Shown: positions 40,027 through 50,994, numbered from the stretch's first letter. The stretch is 64,000 nucleotides of DNA from Candidatus Gastranaerophilales bacterium (GCA_944325735.1 CALVBI010000003.1:85051-149050); one strand, 5' to 3'. Made by a program: numbers and translations. Notes: generated by a model not told the origin, from the letters alone.

Positions 40027-41115
40027 TTGGATTTTACAACTTTAACTATTGAAGCTCTAAAAGCACTAGCTTCTATTGTAGGAAATTACGGACTTGCGAT
40101 TATTTTATTAACAGTTGTTATAAGACTTGCTATGTGGCCATTGAACGTATCTCAACAACGTTCTATGAAAATGATGCAAAATTTACAACCAAAAATCAAA
40201 GCTATTCAAGACAGATATAAAAGCGACCCACAAAAAATGCAACAAAAACTTATGGAATTTTACAAAGAACATAAGTTTAACCCAATGGGCGGTTGTTTAC
40301 CTTTATTAATTCAATTACCAATATTCATTCTTTTATATTCTGCTTTAATGAGCCCTCAATTTATTCAAATTGCAGGTGATACATCTTTCGGATTTTTAAG
40401 CAGACTTGATACAACATTAAGAGCTACAGCCGGTCGTTCTTTCGATGGCACATTCGGAGTTTCTCGAGGAGATACATTTACTTTAGGAAAAACTGCTACC
40501 GTATACTTACCTGATGAAACTTTAGAAAATGTAAAAATTAAAGATCCAAATAAAGCTATAGAAATTCAGGGAGAATTTAAACCTGGAGAAAATATTGATT
40601 TTAAAATCGATTTAGACCACTTGAATTTAAAATTTGCTCAACTTGATCAAATTCAAAAAGCAGAAATATCAGTCACTGATATGACAAATAAAGAAGTTGA
40701 AAAAATTACATTTACAAAACAAGGAAGCGTATTAGCAGCATCTGTTCCAACAATTGTTGCTTCAAGATCTTTCCACTGGGATGTATTTGTTTTAATCGCT
40801 TTATTTGCACTTACAATGTTCGCATCACAAAAAATCATGATGGCAACTCAAAAACCTAAAGACGGAGCTGTTGACCCAACTCAAGAAGCGATTCAAAAAT
40901 CAATGGGTACATTTATGCCAATTATGATTATCGGTACATTTGTAATAATCCCAATTCCTGCAGGTGTTCTATTGTATCTTGTTACAAGTAACATAATACA
41001 AATCTTGCAAACTGTTATAGTAAATAAACAAATTGATAAAGAACAAGAAAGAACAAAAAATATCGTAACAGATTCAGATATTGCAGGTGCAAAAAAAATT
41101 GAACCAAAGGAATAA
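40027..41115 (+). CDS. yidC: Membrane protein insertase YidC/Oxa1
   Basis: GNYGLAIILLTVVIRL, LQPKIKAIQDRYK, NPMGGCLPLLIQLPIF, PAGVLLYLVTSN. Confidence 0.93.
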   Translation: MDFTTLTIEALKALASIVGNYGLAIILLTVVIRLAMWPLNVSQQRSMKMMQNLQPKIKAIQDRYKSDPQKMQQKLMEFYKEHKFNPMGGCLPLLIQLPIFILLYSALMSPQFIQIAGDTSFGFLSRLDTTLRATAGRSFDGTFGVSRGDTFTLGKTATVYLPDETLENVKIKDPNKAIEIQGEFKPGENIDFKIDLDHLNLKFAQLDQIQKAEISVTDMTNKEVEKITFTKQGSVLAASVPTIVASRSFHWDVFVLIALFALTMFASQKIMMATQKPKDGAVDPTQEAIQKSMGTFMPIMIIGTFVIIPIPAGVLLYLVTSNIIQILQTVIVNKQIDKEQERTKNIVTDSDIAGAKKIEPKE

Positions 41116-41123
41116 TATATAAA

Positions 41124-42221
41124 ATGCTTTTATCTGAATATGATTACAATTTACCTGAAGAATTAATTGCGCAGTTACCTGCCGACAAAAGAGATAATTC
41201 GAGAATGATGGTTCTAAACCGAAAGGATAGAACCATTTCTCATAAACATTTTTATGACATTGTAGATCTAATTGATAAAAATACTCTTTTGGTTATGAAT
41301 AACACAAAAGTTCTACCTGCACGTCTTATCGGGCATAAAGACACAGGAGCTAAAATTGAAGTATTTTTATTAAAACAAGCTGAAACTCAAAGTTTAGAAG
41401 AAAATATGCAAAACTCAATGTGTCGGGTCAAGCAGCTATGCTTGTGGGATGTGCTAATTAAACCTTCTAAAAGAGTGAAACCTGATACAATTATTAAAAT
41501 CAGCGATGAATTATCAGTAAAAGCAATTAAACGATTGGAAGAAAACGGAGAATGGCTTGTTGAACTAATATTTGAAGGAAACAATGTTCTTGATGTTCTT
41601 CATAGAAACGGTCAAATTCCATTACCACCATATATTGAAAGAAAAATTCAAAATGAAGACTTAAAGAAACTTGATTTTGAAAGATATCAAACAGTATATG
41701 CTAAAGATGAAGGTTCAGTAGCTGCCCCAACTGCCGGATTACATTTTACTCAAGAAATTTTACAAAAGCTGCAAGATAAGGGAGTTGAATTAGCATATGT
41801 CACCTTAAATGTAGGCTTAGGGACTTTCAGACCTGTTCAATGTGAAAATGTTGAAAATCACAAAATGCATTCTGAAACATTTGAAATTTCTGAAAAAGCT
41901 GCAGAGCAAATTAATAGAGCAAAAAAAGAAGGGAAACAAATCATAGCAGTAGGCACAACAACTGTTAGAACTCTTGAAACAGCTTTTCAAAAATATGGAT
42001 GTATACAACCGTGTCATGACCATTCGGAATTATTCATATACCCTCCTTATGAATTTAAAGTTATTGACAAACTTATTACAAATTTCCACCTGCCAAAATC
42101 TACACTTCTAATGCTTGTAAGTGCGTTAGCAGGAAAAGATTTTATATTTGAAGCATATAATGAAGCAATCAAAAATAATTACCGCTTTTTCTCATACGGT
42201 GATTGCATGTTTATTAATTGA
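41124..42221 (+). CDS. queA: tRNA preQ1(34) S-adenosylmethionine ribosyltransferase-isomerase
   Basis: LPEELIAQ, PLPPYI, YQTVYA, GSVAAPTAGLHFT, VGTTTVRTLE, TNFHLPKST, FSYGD. Confidence 0.97.
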   Translation: MLLSEYDYNLPEELIAQLPADKRDNSRMMVLNRKDRTISHKHFYDIVDLIDKNTLLVMNNTKVLPARLIGHKDTGAKIEVFLLKQAETQSLEENMQNSMCRVKQLCLWDVLIKPSKRVKPDTIIKISDELSVKAIKRLEENGEWLVELIFEGNNVLDVLHRNGQIPLPPYIERKIQNEDLKKLDFERYQTVYAKDEGSVAAPTAGLHFTQEILQKLQDKGVELAYVTLNVGLGTFRPVQCENVENHKMHSETFEISEKAAEQINRAKKEGKQIIAVGTTTVRTLETAFQKYGCIQPCHDHSELFIYPPYEFKVIDKLITNFHLPKSTLLMLVSALAGKDFIFEAYNEAIKNNYRFFSYGDCMFIN

Positions 42222-42308
42222 CATTTTAATAAATATCATTAATGCAAATAGAGGATACGGAAATATCTGATTTTAGATAAAATAAAAACAGATAAGGGTA
42301 GAGGTGGT

Positions 42309-43019
42309 ATGTTTTCACAATTTATTCAAAATCTATTAAATACAGGCGGGCAAACACAAGCAATGCAACGTTATGCTCAACTTTCTAATAAAGTTAACAA
42401 TTTAACTGCAACAAAAGACCCTCAAAATCCGCTTGATACAATTTACCCAAATAATGGAAAAATAAATTCACCATCATTTGAAAAAGTTCTCCAATCTACT
42501 ACGAAATCAAATTTTGGTTCATTATTACTGAATCCTGAATTTAAAAAAGTAAATGCAAATATAATAAATCAAACACCTCAAAGCAGTTTTCAAAACGCAT
42601 TAATAGAAGCAAATGCAATCCAAGCAAACACTCAATCTTCAACAAAATCTCAAATTTTAAATGTAGTAAATCAGATTGCAGAAAAACATGGGGTAGATGA
42701 AAAATTAGTTCAAGCTCTTATTAAACAAGAATCAGGATTTAACCCAAAAGCAAAATCAAAAGCTGGAGCAATGGGACTAATGCAATTAATGCCTTCTACT
42801 GCAAAAAATTTAGGAGTACAAGATCCTTATAATATTGTGCAAAACGTTGAAGGCGGAGTTAAATATTTAAAATCAATGTTAAACAAATATAACGGAAATG
42901 TAATTTTAGCATTAGCCGCATACAATGCTGGTCCTGGAGCTGTAGATAAATATGATGGAGTTCCACCTTACAAAGAAACTCAAAATTACGTTAAAAATAT
43001 TTTAGCCAACTATCTATAA
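42309..43019 (+). CDS. Lytic transglycosylase (SLT domain)
   Basis: IKQESGFNPKAKSKAGAMGLMQLMP, LALAAYNAGPG, PPYKETQNYV. Confidence 0.92.
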   Translation: MFSQFIQNLLNTGGQTQAMQRYAQLSNKVNNLTATKDPQNPLDTIYPNNGKINSPSFEKVLQSTTKSNFGSLLLNPEFKKVNANIINQTPQSSFQNALIEANAIQANTQSSTKSQILNVVNQIAEKHGVDEKLVQALIKQESGFNPKAKSKAGAMGLMQLMPSTAKNLGVQDPYNIVQNVEGGVKYLKSMLNKYNGNVILALAAYNAGPGAVDKYDGVPPYKETQNYVKNILANYL

Positions 43020-43082
43020 TTAATAATTTTGCACAATTTTGTTGTTTTTGCTACAATAAAATAAAAGTAGGAAAGGCATCAA

Positions 43083-44444
43083 ATGAAATTTTCATCATCT
43101 TTTAAAGTAGGGCTTTTAACATTATTAGCATTAGTGCTTTTAATCGGGGTAGTTTTCAAGGTTAAAGGTCGCACTTTTTCATCTGCAGACAGAATTGAAA
43201 TTCAATTTAAAGATGTAAACGGCATGCGTCCGGGTGCAGGTGTTCAGATGATGGGCTTGAGAGTAGGTCAGGTAGAGCAAATTACACCTGTAATTAATGG
43301 TGAAAACAGTTATGTAAAAGTAAAATTTGTTATAACAGAACCTAATGTAGAAATACCAAAAGCTTCAATATTTTCTATTCAACAATCAGGACTTATCGGT
43401 GAATTATTTTTAGAAATCACACCGCCAAAGACAAGAACTGTATTTATTCCAATGGTAAATAAAGATATTCTTTATAAAGATGATGATGTTGAAATGAAAT
43501 TGGATAAAAAATTCTATAATGTTGGAAAAATTACAAACATTGAAGTTGTATCAAAAGATGTTGTTCCATACACAATCAAAGATAGCATTAAAACAAATTA
43601 TGCATATAAAATTGATTATGTAATAAATCTTCCTGGACTTATTCTGCCGGAATTTTTAAAAGGGAAAGTTACAAAATCAAACGGAACCAATAAACTATTA
43701 ATATCTACTTTAGATGATATTACATTGCCATATCCAAATCAAAAATCACCTTATACAATAATTGAACCGATGAGAATTGCTGATTTTATGGATTGGCAAT
43801 ATAGAGCTGCTGAATCTTTAACAGAAACAAATAAAAAGATTAATGATTTATTATCTGATGAAGTAATCGCTGAATTAAAAATGTCTGTAAGAAATATTAA
43901 TTCTTTAACAGGACAAACAAGCGATACTATGGCTAAATTAAACGGATTAATTGATGACTCAAGCAGCGATTTAAAACAACTTATGGTAATGATGGATAAG
44001 GCTACAACTGATTTCAATATGTTGTCTTATAACATTAATAACATAATCGGAGATCCTCAATTTAAAACAACAATGTTATCTACAGCTAATTCAGTTGATA
44101 AATTATCTCAAAACCTAAATAAACTAATCGGTAACGAACAAGAAGCTGAACAAATGGCTGAAGATATAAGAGCTATTACTCATAACGTAAATGAAATAAG
44201 CGGATATGTAAACTCACTTACCAAAGATGATCAGCTTAAAAAAGATATAAACAGAGCTGTTGCAAATGTTAATACAGCGATGGTTGATATTTCAACAACT
44301 CTTGAAACTGTTAATAAATTAACACCTGAAAAGAAAACTGAATTGCAATCAATAGTTGAAGATACAAGAGTTACAACTTGTAATTTGAGAAAATTCTCTG
44401 AAAAACTTAACAAGAGATTTTTACTTTGGAGATTAATGTTCTAA
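43083..44444 (+). CDS. MCE/MlaD-family protein
   Basis: N-terminal TM, FKDVNGMRPGAGVQMMGLRVGQVE, QSGLIGE, long helical tail. Confidence 0.85.
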   Translation: MKFSSSFKVGLLTLLALVLLIGVVFKVKGRTFSSADRIEIQFKDVNGMRPGAGVQMMGLRVGQVEQITPVINGENSYVKVKFVITEPNVEIPKASIFSIQQSGLIGELFLEITPPKTRTVFIPMVNKDILYKDDDVEMKLDKKFYNVGKITNIEVVSKDVVPYTIKDSIKTNYAYKIDYVINLPGLILPEFLKGKVTKSNGTNKLLISTLDDITLPYPNQKSPYTIIEPMRIADFMDWQYRAAESLTETNKKINDLLSDEVIAELKMSVRNINSLTGQTSDTMAKLNGLIDDSSSDLKQLMVMMDKATTDFNMLSYNINNIIGDPQFKTTMLSTANSVDKLSQNLNKLIGNEQEAEQMAEDIRAITHNVNEISGYVNSLTKDDQLKKDINRAVANVNTAMVDISTTLETVNKLTPEKKTELQSIVEDTRVTTCNLRKFSEKLNKRFLLWRLMF

Positions 44445-44463
44445 TATTTGATAGGAAAAGAAT

Positions 44464-45489
44464 ATGAATTTAAAAACAGAAATTTCCAAAATACATTATG
44501 ATAAAAATGCAAAAGGTTTAATTGTAAAAATTCTAGAATTCGCTTCAATATTTTACGGATTAGGGAGCGGATTAAAAAACAATCTTTATGACAAAAATAT
44601 AATCAAACCTAAAAAAGTAAATGCTTTTGTAATATCTGTCGGCAATTTAACTACAGGTGGAGTAGGAAAAACTCCTGTTGTATCAGAAATTGCTAAATAT
44701 TTTATTTGCAAAGATGAAAAAGTTGCAATAATTTCTCGCGGTTATGGAGGAAAACTTTCTAATAAAAATATAAATATTATCTCAGATGGAGAAAAAATAT
44801 ATTATAATGCAAATTTATCTGGAGATGAACCTTATTGGTTAGCCCAAAACACTAAAGGCGCAATAGTTATCACTTGCAAAAATCGATACAAAGCTGCTGA
44901 ATATGCTATTAAAAAATTCGGAGTGACAAAAATTATACTTGATGATGGCTTCCAACATAGAAAACTTCATAGAGATTTAGATATAGTCTTAATGGACAGC
45001 AAAATGGGATTTGGTAACGAAAAATTACTACCTGCAGGACCATTAAGAGAAGGAACTGAAGCTCTTTCAAGAATTAATAAATTAATTATTGTAAGCAAAG
45101 ATATTGATCATTCAAGAGCAGAGAAATTATCAAAAATAATGGGTAAAAAATTAAAAGTTCAAACAGAAGTCTGCTATACAGAACCTGACACAGTATACAA
45201 TATTAAAACAGGCGAAATTTTACCTAAAGATACTGAAATTACAGCAATCTGCGCTATTGGTCAACCATCACAATTTTATAACTTTTTAAAAGATTATAAA
45301 ATTAAAAATACCAAAGATTTTGATGATCATCATCTATATACAGAAGAAGAAATACCTCAAGGAATCATAGTCACAACAGAAAAAGATGCAGTCAAAATGC
45401 AAAATTTTAACCGCACAGATATTTATGCTTTAAAACTAAAAACAGTAATTAATTCTGAGGCACTATTAAATAATGCAGACAAAAATTAA
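44464..45489 (+). CDS. lpxK: Tetraacyldisaccharide 4'-kinase
   Basis: VISVGNLTTGGVGKTP, ISRGYG, GDEP, LDDGFQH, LLPAGPLRE, TTEKDAVK. Confidence 0.95.
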   Translation: MNLKTEISKIHYDKNAKGLIVKILEFASIFYGLGSGLKNNLYDKNIIKPKKVNAFVISVGNLTTGGVGKTPVVSEIAKYFICKDEKVAIISRGYGGKLSNKNINIISDGEKIYYNANLSGDEPYWLAQNTKGAIVITCKNRYKAAEYAIKKFGVTKIILDDGFQHRKLHRDLDIVLMDSKMGFGNEKLLPAGPLREGTEALSRINKLIIVSKDIDHSRAEKLSKIMGKKLKVQTEVCYTEPDTVYNIKTGEILPKDTEITAICAIGQPSQFYNFLKDYKIKNTKDFDDHHLYTEEEIPQGIIVTTEKDAVKMQNFNRTDIYALKLKTVINSEALLNNADKN

Positions 45490-46111
45490 TATCGACAAAA
45501 TTGTAGAGTTACTAAAAAAAGCCAAACAACCACAAAGCGACTTTGTAAAACTTATGGATAGTTTTAAAGACCCGTATTTGGTATTAATAGCCTGCATTCT
45601 TAGTCTTAGAACTAATGATAAAACAACTTACCCAGCTACTTTAAGAATGCTTGAACTAGGCAAAACACCTAAAGATTTTGCAAATTGTGATGTCAAAGAA
45701 CTTGAAAAAGCAATTTATCCTGTTGGTTTTTATTCAAATAAAGCAAAACAAATTGTAGAGCTTTCTAAAATTCTTGTTAAAAAGTATAATTCTAAAGTTC
45801 CTGACTCGATTGAAGAATTATGCAAATTTAACGGAGTAGGAAGAAAAACAGCAAATTTAACATTATCTCTAGGCTTTAATAAACCTGCAATTTGTGTAGA
45901 TGTACATGTGCATAGGATTTTCAACAGAATTGGATATGTCAACACTAAAAATCCTGATGACACAGAATTTAAACTGAGAGAAATTCTCCCTGAAAAATAT
46001 TGGATAGACATAAATACTTTATTAGTTACTCATGGACAAAATATATGTAAACCTCAAAAACCAATGTGTGATAAATGTCCAATAGAAAAATTTTGTAACA
46101 AAATAATTTAA
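45473..46111 (+). CDS. nth: Endonuclease III
   Basis: HhH GVGRKTA, VDVHVHRI, C-terminal CKPQKPMCDKCPIEKFC. Confidence 0.93.
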   Translation: MQTKINIDKIVELLKKAKQPQSDFVKLMDSFKDPYLVLIACILSLRTNDKTTYPATLRMLELGKTPKDFANCDVKELEKAIYPVGFYSNKAKQIVELSKILVKKYNSKVPDSIEELCKFNGVGRKTANLTLSLGFNKPAICVDVHVHRIFNRIGYVNTKNPDDTEFKLREILPEKYWIDINTLLVTHGQNICKPQKPMCDKCPIEKFCNKII

Positions 46112-46188
46112 TTGAAATTAATATAAATTAATATATTATCAAAAATCCTTTTTTTTATATTTATAAATAATATTAAAAGGAGATTATT

Positions 46189-46692
46189 ATGAAAATACAA
46201 AAAATATATACAACATTACAAGACAAACTAGCAAAAAAAAATCTAATCAGAAGAGAAGCAAAAATTGACAAATACATAAAAATTCATGATACAGCAACAT
46301 ATGGAGATTCATTCAATCAAATGTATAATGCGAGAGAAACAATCGCGAATTATGCAGAAAAAAAAGGTATTACAGTAGATATCTATGATGCACGTAAATT
46401 ATTAGAAGGCGATGAAAATGTATCCCCAATAATTGAAGAGCAATTATCTGATAAAATAAACGTAGTAGTTACAAATCTTTTAAACGGTAAATCGAAAGCC
46501 AAAATAGTATCTGCAAATACTGATAAAAATTTCCCTAAAGTAGCAACAGCACCGATTATAATCCCAATACCAAAAGATAACACTGACATAGTAAGAACAA
46601 CTATAAGACAAACTAATGATAGTTTCATTAGAAATTTATTCAGAAATATTGAATCATTAACTAAGATTGTAACCGGTAAAAATACTAAATAA
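46189..46692 (+). CDS. Hypothetical protein
   Basis: 167-aa ORF, AAGGAG RBS. Confidence 0.7.
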   Translation: MKIQKIYTTLQDKLAKKNLIRREAKIDKYIKIHDTATYGDSFNQMYNARETIANYAEKKGITVDIYDARKLLEGDENVSPIIEEQLSDKINVVVTNLLNGKSKAKIVSANTDKNFPKVATAPIIIPIPKDNTDIVRTTIRQTNDSFIRNLFRNIESLTKIVTGKNTK

Positions 46693-46809
46693 ACTTGATT
46701 TTAAAAGCCTCTTATGTGATAATCTGAATAAGGTTGTATATTTATTTTCCTTTTCTAATATATTATACAATCGGGGTTAATCAGAAAATAAAATACATAG
46801 GAGTTCGAT

Positions 46810-47304
46810 ATGAGTGTAGAAAACCCTCATAAAATCGACACATCAAAGTTAGATGAAATTATTCAGTCATATGAATGTAAAAAATCTAACTTGATTGCGA
46901 TTTTACAAAAAGTACAGGAAGTTTATAGATATCTTCCAGAAGAAGCTTTAATTTACATCGGTACAAAGATAGAAGGTCTATCACCAGCTACCGTATTTGG
47001 TGTTGCAACATTTTATGCACAATTTTCACTTGAACCTAAAGGTAAATATGAAATAAAAGTATGCGATGGAACAGCTTGTCACGTAAGAGGTTCAATGCCT
47101 GTTTTAAACGCAATAAGAGCAAAATTAAATATGCCTGAAGGTCAATTAACAAGCGAAAACGGGTTATTCTCACTTGAAACTGTTAGTTGCTTAGGTGCTT
47201 GCGGTCTGGCTCCTGTTGTAGTCATTAATGAAAAAGTTTATCCTCAAATGACTTCTGATGCTATCACAATAGTATTAGACACACTAATGAAGGAGGAAGA
47301 CTAA
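46810..47304 (+). CDS. hydC: NuoE-like [2Fe-2S] subunit of a trimeric [FeFe]-hydrogenase
   Basis: VCDGTACHVRG, SCLGACGLAP. Confidence 0.9.
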   Translation: MSVENPHKIDTSKLDEIIQSYECKKSNLIAILQKVQEVYRYLPEEALIYIGTKIEGLSPATVFGVATFYAQFSLEPKGKYEIKVCDGTACHVRGSMPVLNAIRAKLNMPEGQLTSENGLFSLETVSCLGACGLAPVVVINEKVYPQMTSDAITIVLDTLMKEED

Positions 47305-49166
47305 TGAATACATCACAATTAAATATTGATATACAAGAAGAACAAAAAAAAGCTAAAGATATTATAAGTAAACAAGGACTAAGAGTTCTAGTTTGTGCAG
47401 GTACAGGTTGTGTAGCTAACGGCTCATTAAAAGTTATAGAAAAATTCAAAGAACTTGGTGCTGACGTATCTGTACTTACAGATTATGACAAAATGACAAT
47501 CGTTCCAACAGGATGCCATGGTTTTTGCGAACAAGGTGTACTTGTTGTAATCCCAGACAAACATATTACTTATGTAAAAGTAAAAGAAAAAGATGTTGAA
47601 GAAATCTATGAAAGTCATATTAAAAATAACAAACCTGTAGAAAGATTACTATATGTAGATCCTAAAACCCATGAACACATTTTAGACGATGCTCATATTA
47701 ATTTCTATGCAAAACAAACAAGAACAGCACTTGCAAACTGCGGGAATATCAATGCTGAATGCATAGATGAAGCTATAGCTGTAAGAGGCTATGAAGCTCT
47801 AGCAAATGTCTTAAAAGAAAATAATCCTGATGCAGTAATAGATACAATTGAAAAATCAGGATTACGTGGAAGAGGAGGCGGAGGCTTCCCAACAGGTAGA
47901 AAATGGAGATTTACCGCTGCAAATAAAGGTGGCAAATCTTATATTGTATGTAACGGTGATGAAGGTGATCCTGGAGCATTTATGGATAGATCTGTAATGG
48001 AAGGAGACCCTCACAAATTACTTGAAGGGATGGCAATTGCAGCCTTTGCAATCGGAGCAGATGAAGGATATATCTATGTTAGAGCAGAATATCCTCTTGC
48101 AATTAAACGTTTAAGAAAAGCTATTAAAGATGCAGAAGAAAGAAATTTCTTAGGTAAAAACATAATGGGAAGCGATTTTTCTCTTGACATTCATATCAAA
48201 GAAGGTGCAGGAGCTTTCGTTTGCGGAGAAGAAACAGCACTAATCGCATCTATTGAAGGTGAAAGAGGAATGCCTAGACCAAAACCGCCATTCCCTGCGA
48301 ATAAAGGATTATTTGGCAGACCAACCTTAATTAATAACGTTGAAACATTAGCAAATGTTCCCGTAATTATGCTAAATGGTGCAGACTGGTTTGCTCAAAT
48401 GGGCACAGAAACATCTAAAGGCACTAAAACATTTGCACTTACTGGAGAAGTAAATAATACAGGTCTTATAGAAGTTCCAATGGGAACTACACTAAGACAA
48501 ATCGTATTTGACATCGGTGGTGGAATGCGTGACGGTAAAAAATTCAAAGCCGTACAAATCGGAGGTCCATCAGGAGGTTGTTTAACAGAAGAACATCTTG
48601 ATATCCCAATGGATTACGATAACCTTATAAAAGCAGGAGCTATGGTAGGCTCAGGCGGTCTTGTAGTAATGAGTGATAAAACTTGTATAGTTGAAGTTGC
48701 AAGATTTTTCATGAATTTCACACAACACGAAAGTTGTGGCAAATGCGTTCCTTGCCGTGAAGGAACAAAAAATATGCTTAGAATACTTGAAAAAATAGTA
48801 GCAGGCAAAGGTACAATGGAAGATTTGGATCTTTTAGAAGAACTTGCTCATTCCGTAAAAGAAGGTTCTTTATGCGGTCTTGGTAAAACAGCTCCAAATC
48901 CAGTATTATCAACATTAAAATATTTCAGAGACGAATATATAGCTCACATTAAAGATAAAAAATGTCCTGCAGGCGTATGTACAGCAATGAAAAAGATTGT
49001 TATTAATGAATCTTTATGCAAAGGCTGCACAAAATGTGCAAGAGTTTGCCCTGTGGGCGCTATTGAAGGAACTGTTAAAAATCCTCACCACATTAATCAA
49101 GATAAATGTATTAAATGTGAGGCTTGTTTAACAAACTGCCCATTCAGAGCTATCGTACTTGAATAA
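47304..49166 (+). CDS. hydB: NuoF-like FMN/NAD-binding subunit of a trimeric [FeFe]-hydrogenase
   Basis: SGLRGRGGGGFPTG, NGDEGDPGAFMDR, GAGAFVCGEETAL, ESCGKCVPCREG, C-terminal 2x[4Fe-4S]. Confidence 0.93.
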   Translation: MNTSQLNIDIQEEQKKAKDIISKQGLRVLVCAGTGCVANGSLKVIEKFKELGADVSVLTDYDKMTIVPTGCHGFCEQGVLVVIPDKHITYVKVKEKDVEEIYESHIKNNKPVERLLYVDPKTHEHILDDAHINFYAKQTRTALANCGNINAECIDEAIAVRGYEALANVLKENNPDAVIDTIEKSGLRGRGGGGFPTGRKWRFTAANKGGKSYIVCNGDEGDPGAFMDRSVMEGDPHKLLEGMAIAAFAIGADEGYIYVRAEYPLAIKRLRKAIKDAEERNFLGKNIMGSDFSLDIHIKEGAGAFVCGEETALIASIEGERGMPRPKPPFPANKGLFGRPTLINNVETLANVPVIMLNGADWFAQMGTETSKGTKTFALTGEVNNTGLIEVPMGTTLRQIVFDIGGGMRDGKKFKAVQIGGPSGGCLTEEHLDIPMDYDNLIKAGAMVGSGGLVVMSDKTCIVEVARFFMNFTQHESCGKCVPCREGTKNMLRILEKIVAGKGTMEDLDLLEELAHSVKEGSLCGLGKTAPNPVLSTLKYFRDEYIAHIKDKKCPAGVCTAMKKIVINESLCKGCTKCARVCPVGAIEGTVKNPHHINQDKCIKCEACLTNCPFRAIVLE

Positions 49167-49186
49167 AATTAATAAGGAATACAAAA

Positions 49187-50938
49187 ATGAGTGATAAAAA
49201 AACATTATTTATAGACGGAAAAGAAGTTGAATTTACTGATGAACCTAATCTTCTTGAAGTAATAAGAAAAGCTGGAATGAATGTTCCAACATTTTGTTAC
49301 CGCCCGGATTTAACTTCATTTGGTGCTTGCAGAATGTGCGTTGTAGAAGTTGAAGGCAGAGGCATTCAATCTTCTTGTACAATGCCGCCAGAAGCAGGCT
49401 TAAAAATCCATCTTAACACTGAAAAAACAAGAAGAATTAGAAAAACAGTTCTTGAATTACTACTGGCAAATCACGACAGAAATTGTCTAACTTGCGAAAA
49501 ATCAGGGAATTGCGAATTACAAAAATATGCTGAAGAATATGGAATTAGAACCATTCGTTACCCTGATAAAGAATTGGAAGATTACTTACCAATTGATGAT
49601 TCAAGTCCTTCAATAGTCAGAGATCCGAATAAATGTATACTTTGCGGAGCTTGCGTTAGAGCTTGCAGCGAATTTCAAGGACATGCAGTATTAGGATTTG
49701 CAAACAGAGGATCAAAAACACTTGTTCAACCTATGAATGGAAGACCTTTAGGGCAAGTTGATTGTGTAAATTGCGGACAATGTGCTGCAGTATGCCCAAC
49801 AGGTGCTTTAACAATTAAATCAGATGTAGAACAAGTATGGAAAGAAATTACAAACCCTGAGAAAAAAGTTGTAGTCCAAATGGCTCCTGCAACACGTGTT
49901 GCAATAGGTGAAATGTTCGGACTAGAACCTGGTGTAAATTCAATTGGAAAAATGAATGCAGCACTAAGAAAAATTGGATTTGATTTAATATTTGATACTA
50001 ATTTCGGCGCAGATTTAACTATTATGGAAGAAGCAACAGAATTTTTATCAAGACTAAAATCCGGGGAAAATCTTCCAATATTTACTTCTTGCTGTCCTGC
50101 TTGGATTAAATATCTAGAAACTGAACATCCTGATATGTTACATCATCTATCAAGTTGTAAATCACCAATGAGTATGCTATCACCAGTTTTAAAAACTCTT
50201 GTTCCAGAACATTTTGGAATAAGCAGGGATAATTTGGTTGTTGTTGCAATTATGCCTTGTACAGCAAAAAAATATGAATGCAAACGACCAGAATTAACAA
50301 CTAATGGAAAACCTGATACTGATTATGTTTTAACAACTCAAGAATTAGGCAGAATGATTAAAGAAGCAGGAATTAACTTTAACGCATTGGATACCGAAGC
50401 ACCAGATTCACCATTCGGGGAATACACAGGAGCAGGAACCATTTTTGGAGCATCAGGCGGTGTTGCAGAAGCAGCTGCAAGAACAGCATATGAATTTGCA
50501 ACAAGCGAACCTTTAAATGATGTTGATATAAAACAAATGCGAGGAACTTCTAATCGTTCAAGAGATATCGAACTTGATTTAAAAGGAACAAAACTTATAA
50601 TAAGAGTTGTATCCACATTAAGAGAAGCTGAAAAATCTCTTAAAGAAATAAAAGAAGGGAAAGCTAAATTCCAAATGCTTGAAGTTATGGCCTGCCTTGG
50701 AGGCTGTATAAATGGTGGAGGACAACCAAGAAGTTGCGATGATTCAAAAATAAAAGAAGAACGTGCTCAAGGTCTTTATAAAGAAGATACAGAACTTGAA
50801 TACAGAAAATCACACTTTAACCCATCTATCAGGAAATTGTATAATGAATATTTGGAAGAACCTAATTCTCATAAAGCACACGAATTACTACATACAATTT
50901 ATACAAATAAATTTACAGGTTCCTACAAAGATATTTAA
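49187..50938 (+). CDS. hydA: [FeFe]-hydrogenase catalytic subunit (group A, bifurcating-type architecture)
   Basis: H-cluster motifs FTSCCPAW, MPCTAKKYE, EVMACLGGCINGGGQP; N-terminal [2Fe-2S], His-ligated and 2x[4Fe-4S] clusters. Confidence 0.96.
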   Translation: MSDKKTLFIDGKEVEFTDEPNLLEVIRKAGMNVPTFCYRPDLTSFGACRMCVVEVEGRGIQSSCTMPPEAGLKIHLNTEKTRRIRKTVLELLLANHDRNCLTCEKSGNCELQKYAEEYGIRTIRYPDKELEDYLPIDDSSPSIVRDPNKCILCGACVRACSEFQGHAVLGFANRGSKTLVQPMNGRPLGQVDCVNCGQCAAVCPTGALTIKSDVEQVWKEITNPEKKVVVQMAPATRVAIGEMFGLEPGVNSIGKMNAALRKIGFDLIFDTNFGADLTIMEEATEFLSRLKSGENLPIFTSCCPAWIKYLETEHPDMLHHLSSCKSPMSMLSPVLKTLVPEHFGISRDNLVVVAIMPCTAKKYECKRPELTTNGKPDTDYVLTTQELGRMIKEAGINFNALDTEAPDSPFGEYTGAGTIFGASGGVAEAAARTAYEFATSEPLNDVDIKQMRGTSNRSRDIELDLKGTKLIIRVVSTLREAEKSLKEIKEGKAKFQMLEVMACLGGCINGGGQPRSCDDSKIKEERAQGLYKEDTELEYRKSHFNPSIRKLYNEYLEEPNSHKAHELLHTIYTNKFTGSYKDI

Positions 50939-50944
50939 AAAACT

Positions 50945-50978
50945 AAAATCCCGACTTAATAAATAAGTCGGGATTTTT
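50945..50978. terminator. Bidirectional intrinsic terminator
   Basis: aaaatcccgactta-ataaa-taagtcgggatttt. Confidence 0.88.
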
Positions 50979-50994
50979 ATTTTAATAGAATTTT

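Noticed and set aside
40400-40780. Large insertion within YidC
   Set aside because: To my knowledge cyanobacterial-type YidC proteins have an expanded loop here, so it is not judged novel without an alignment.
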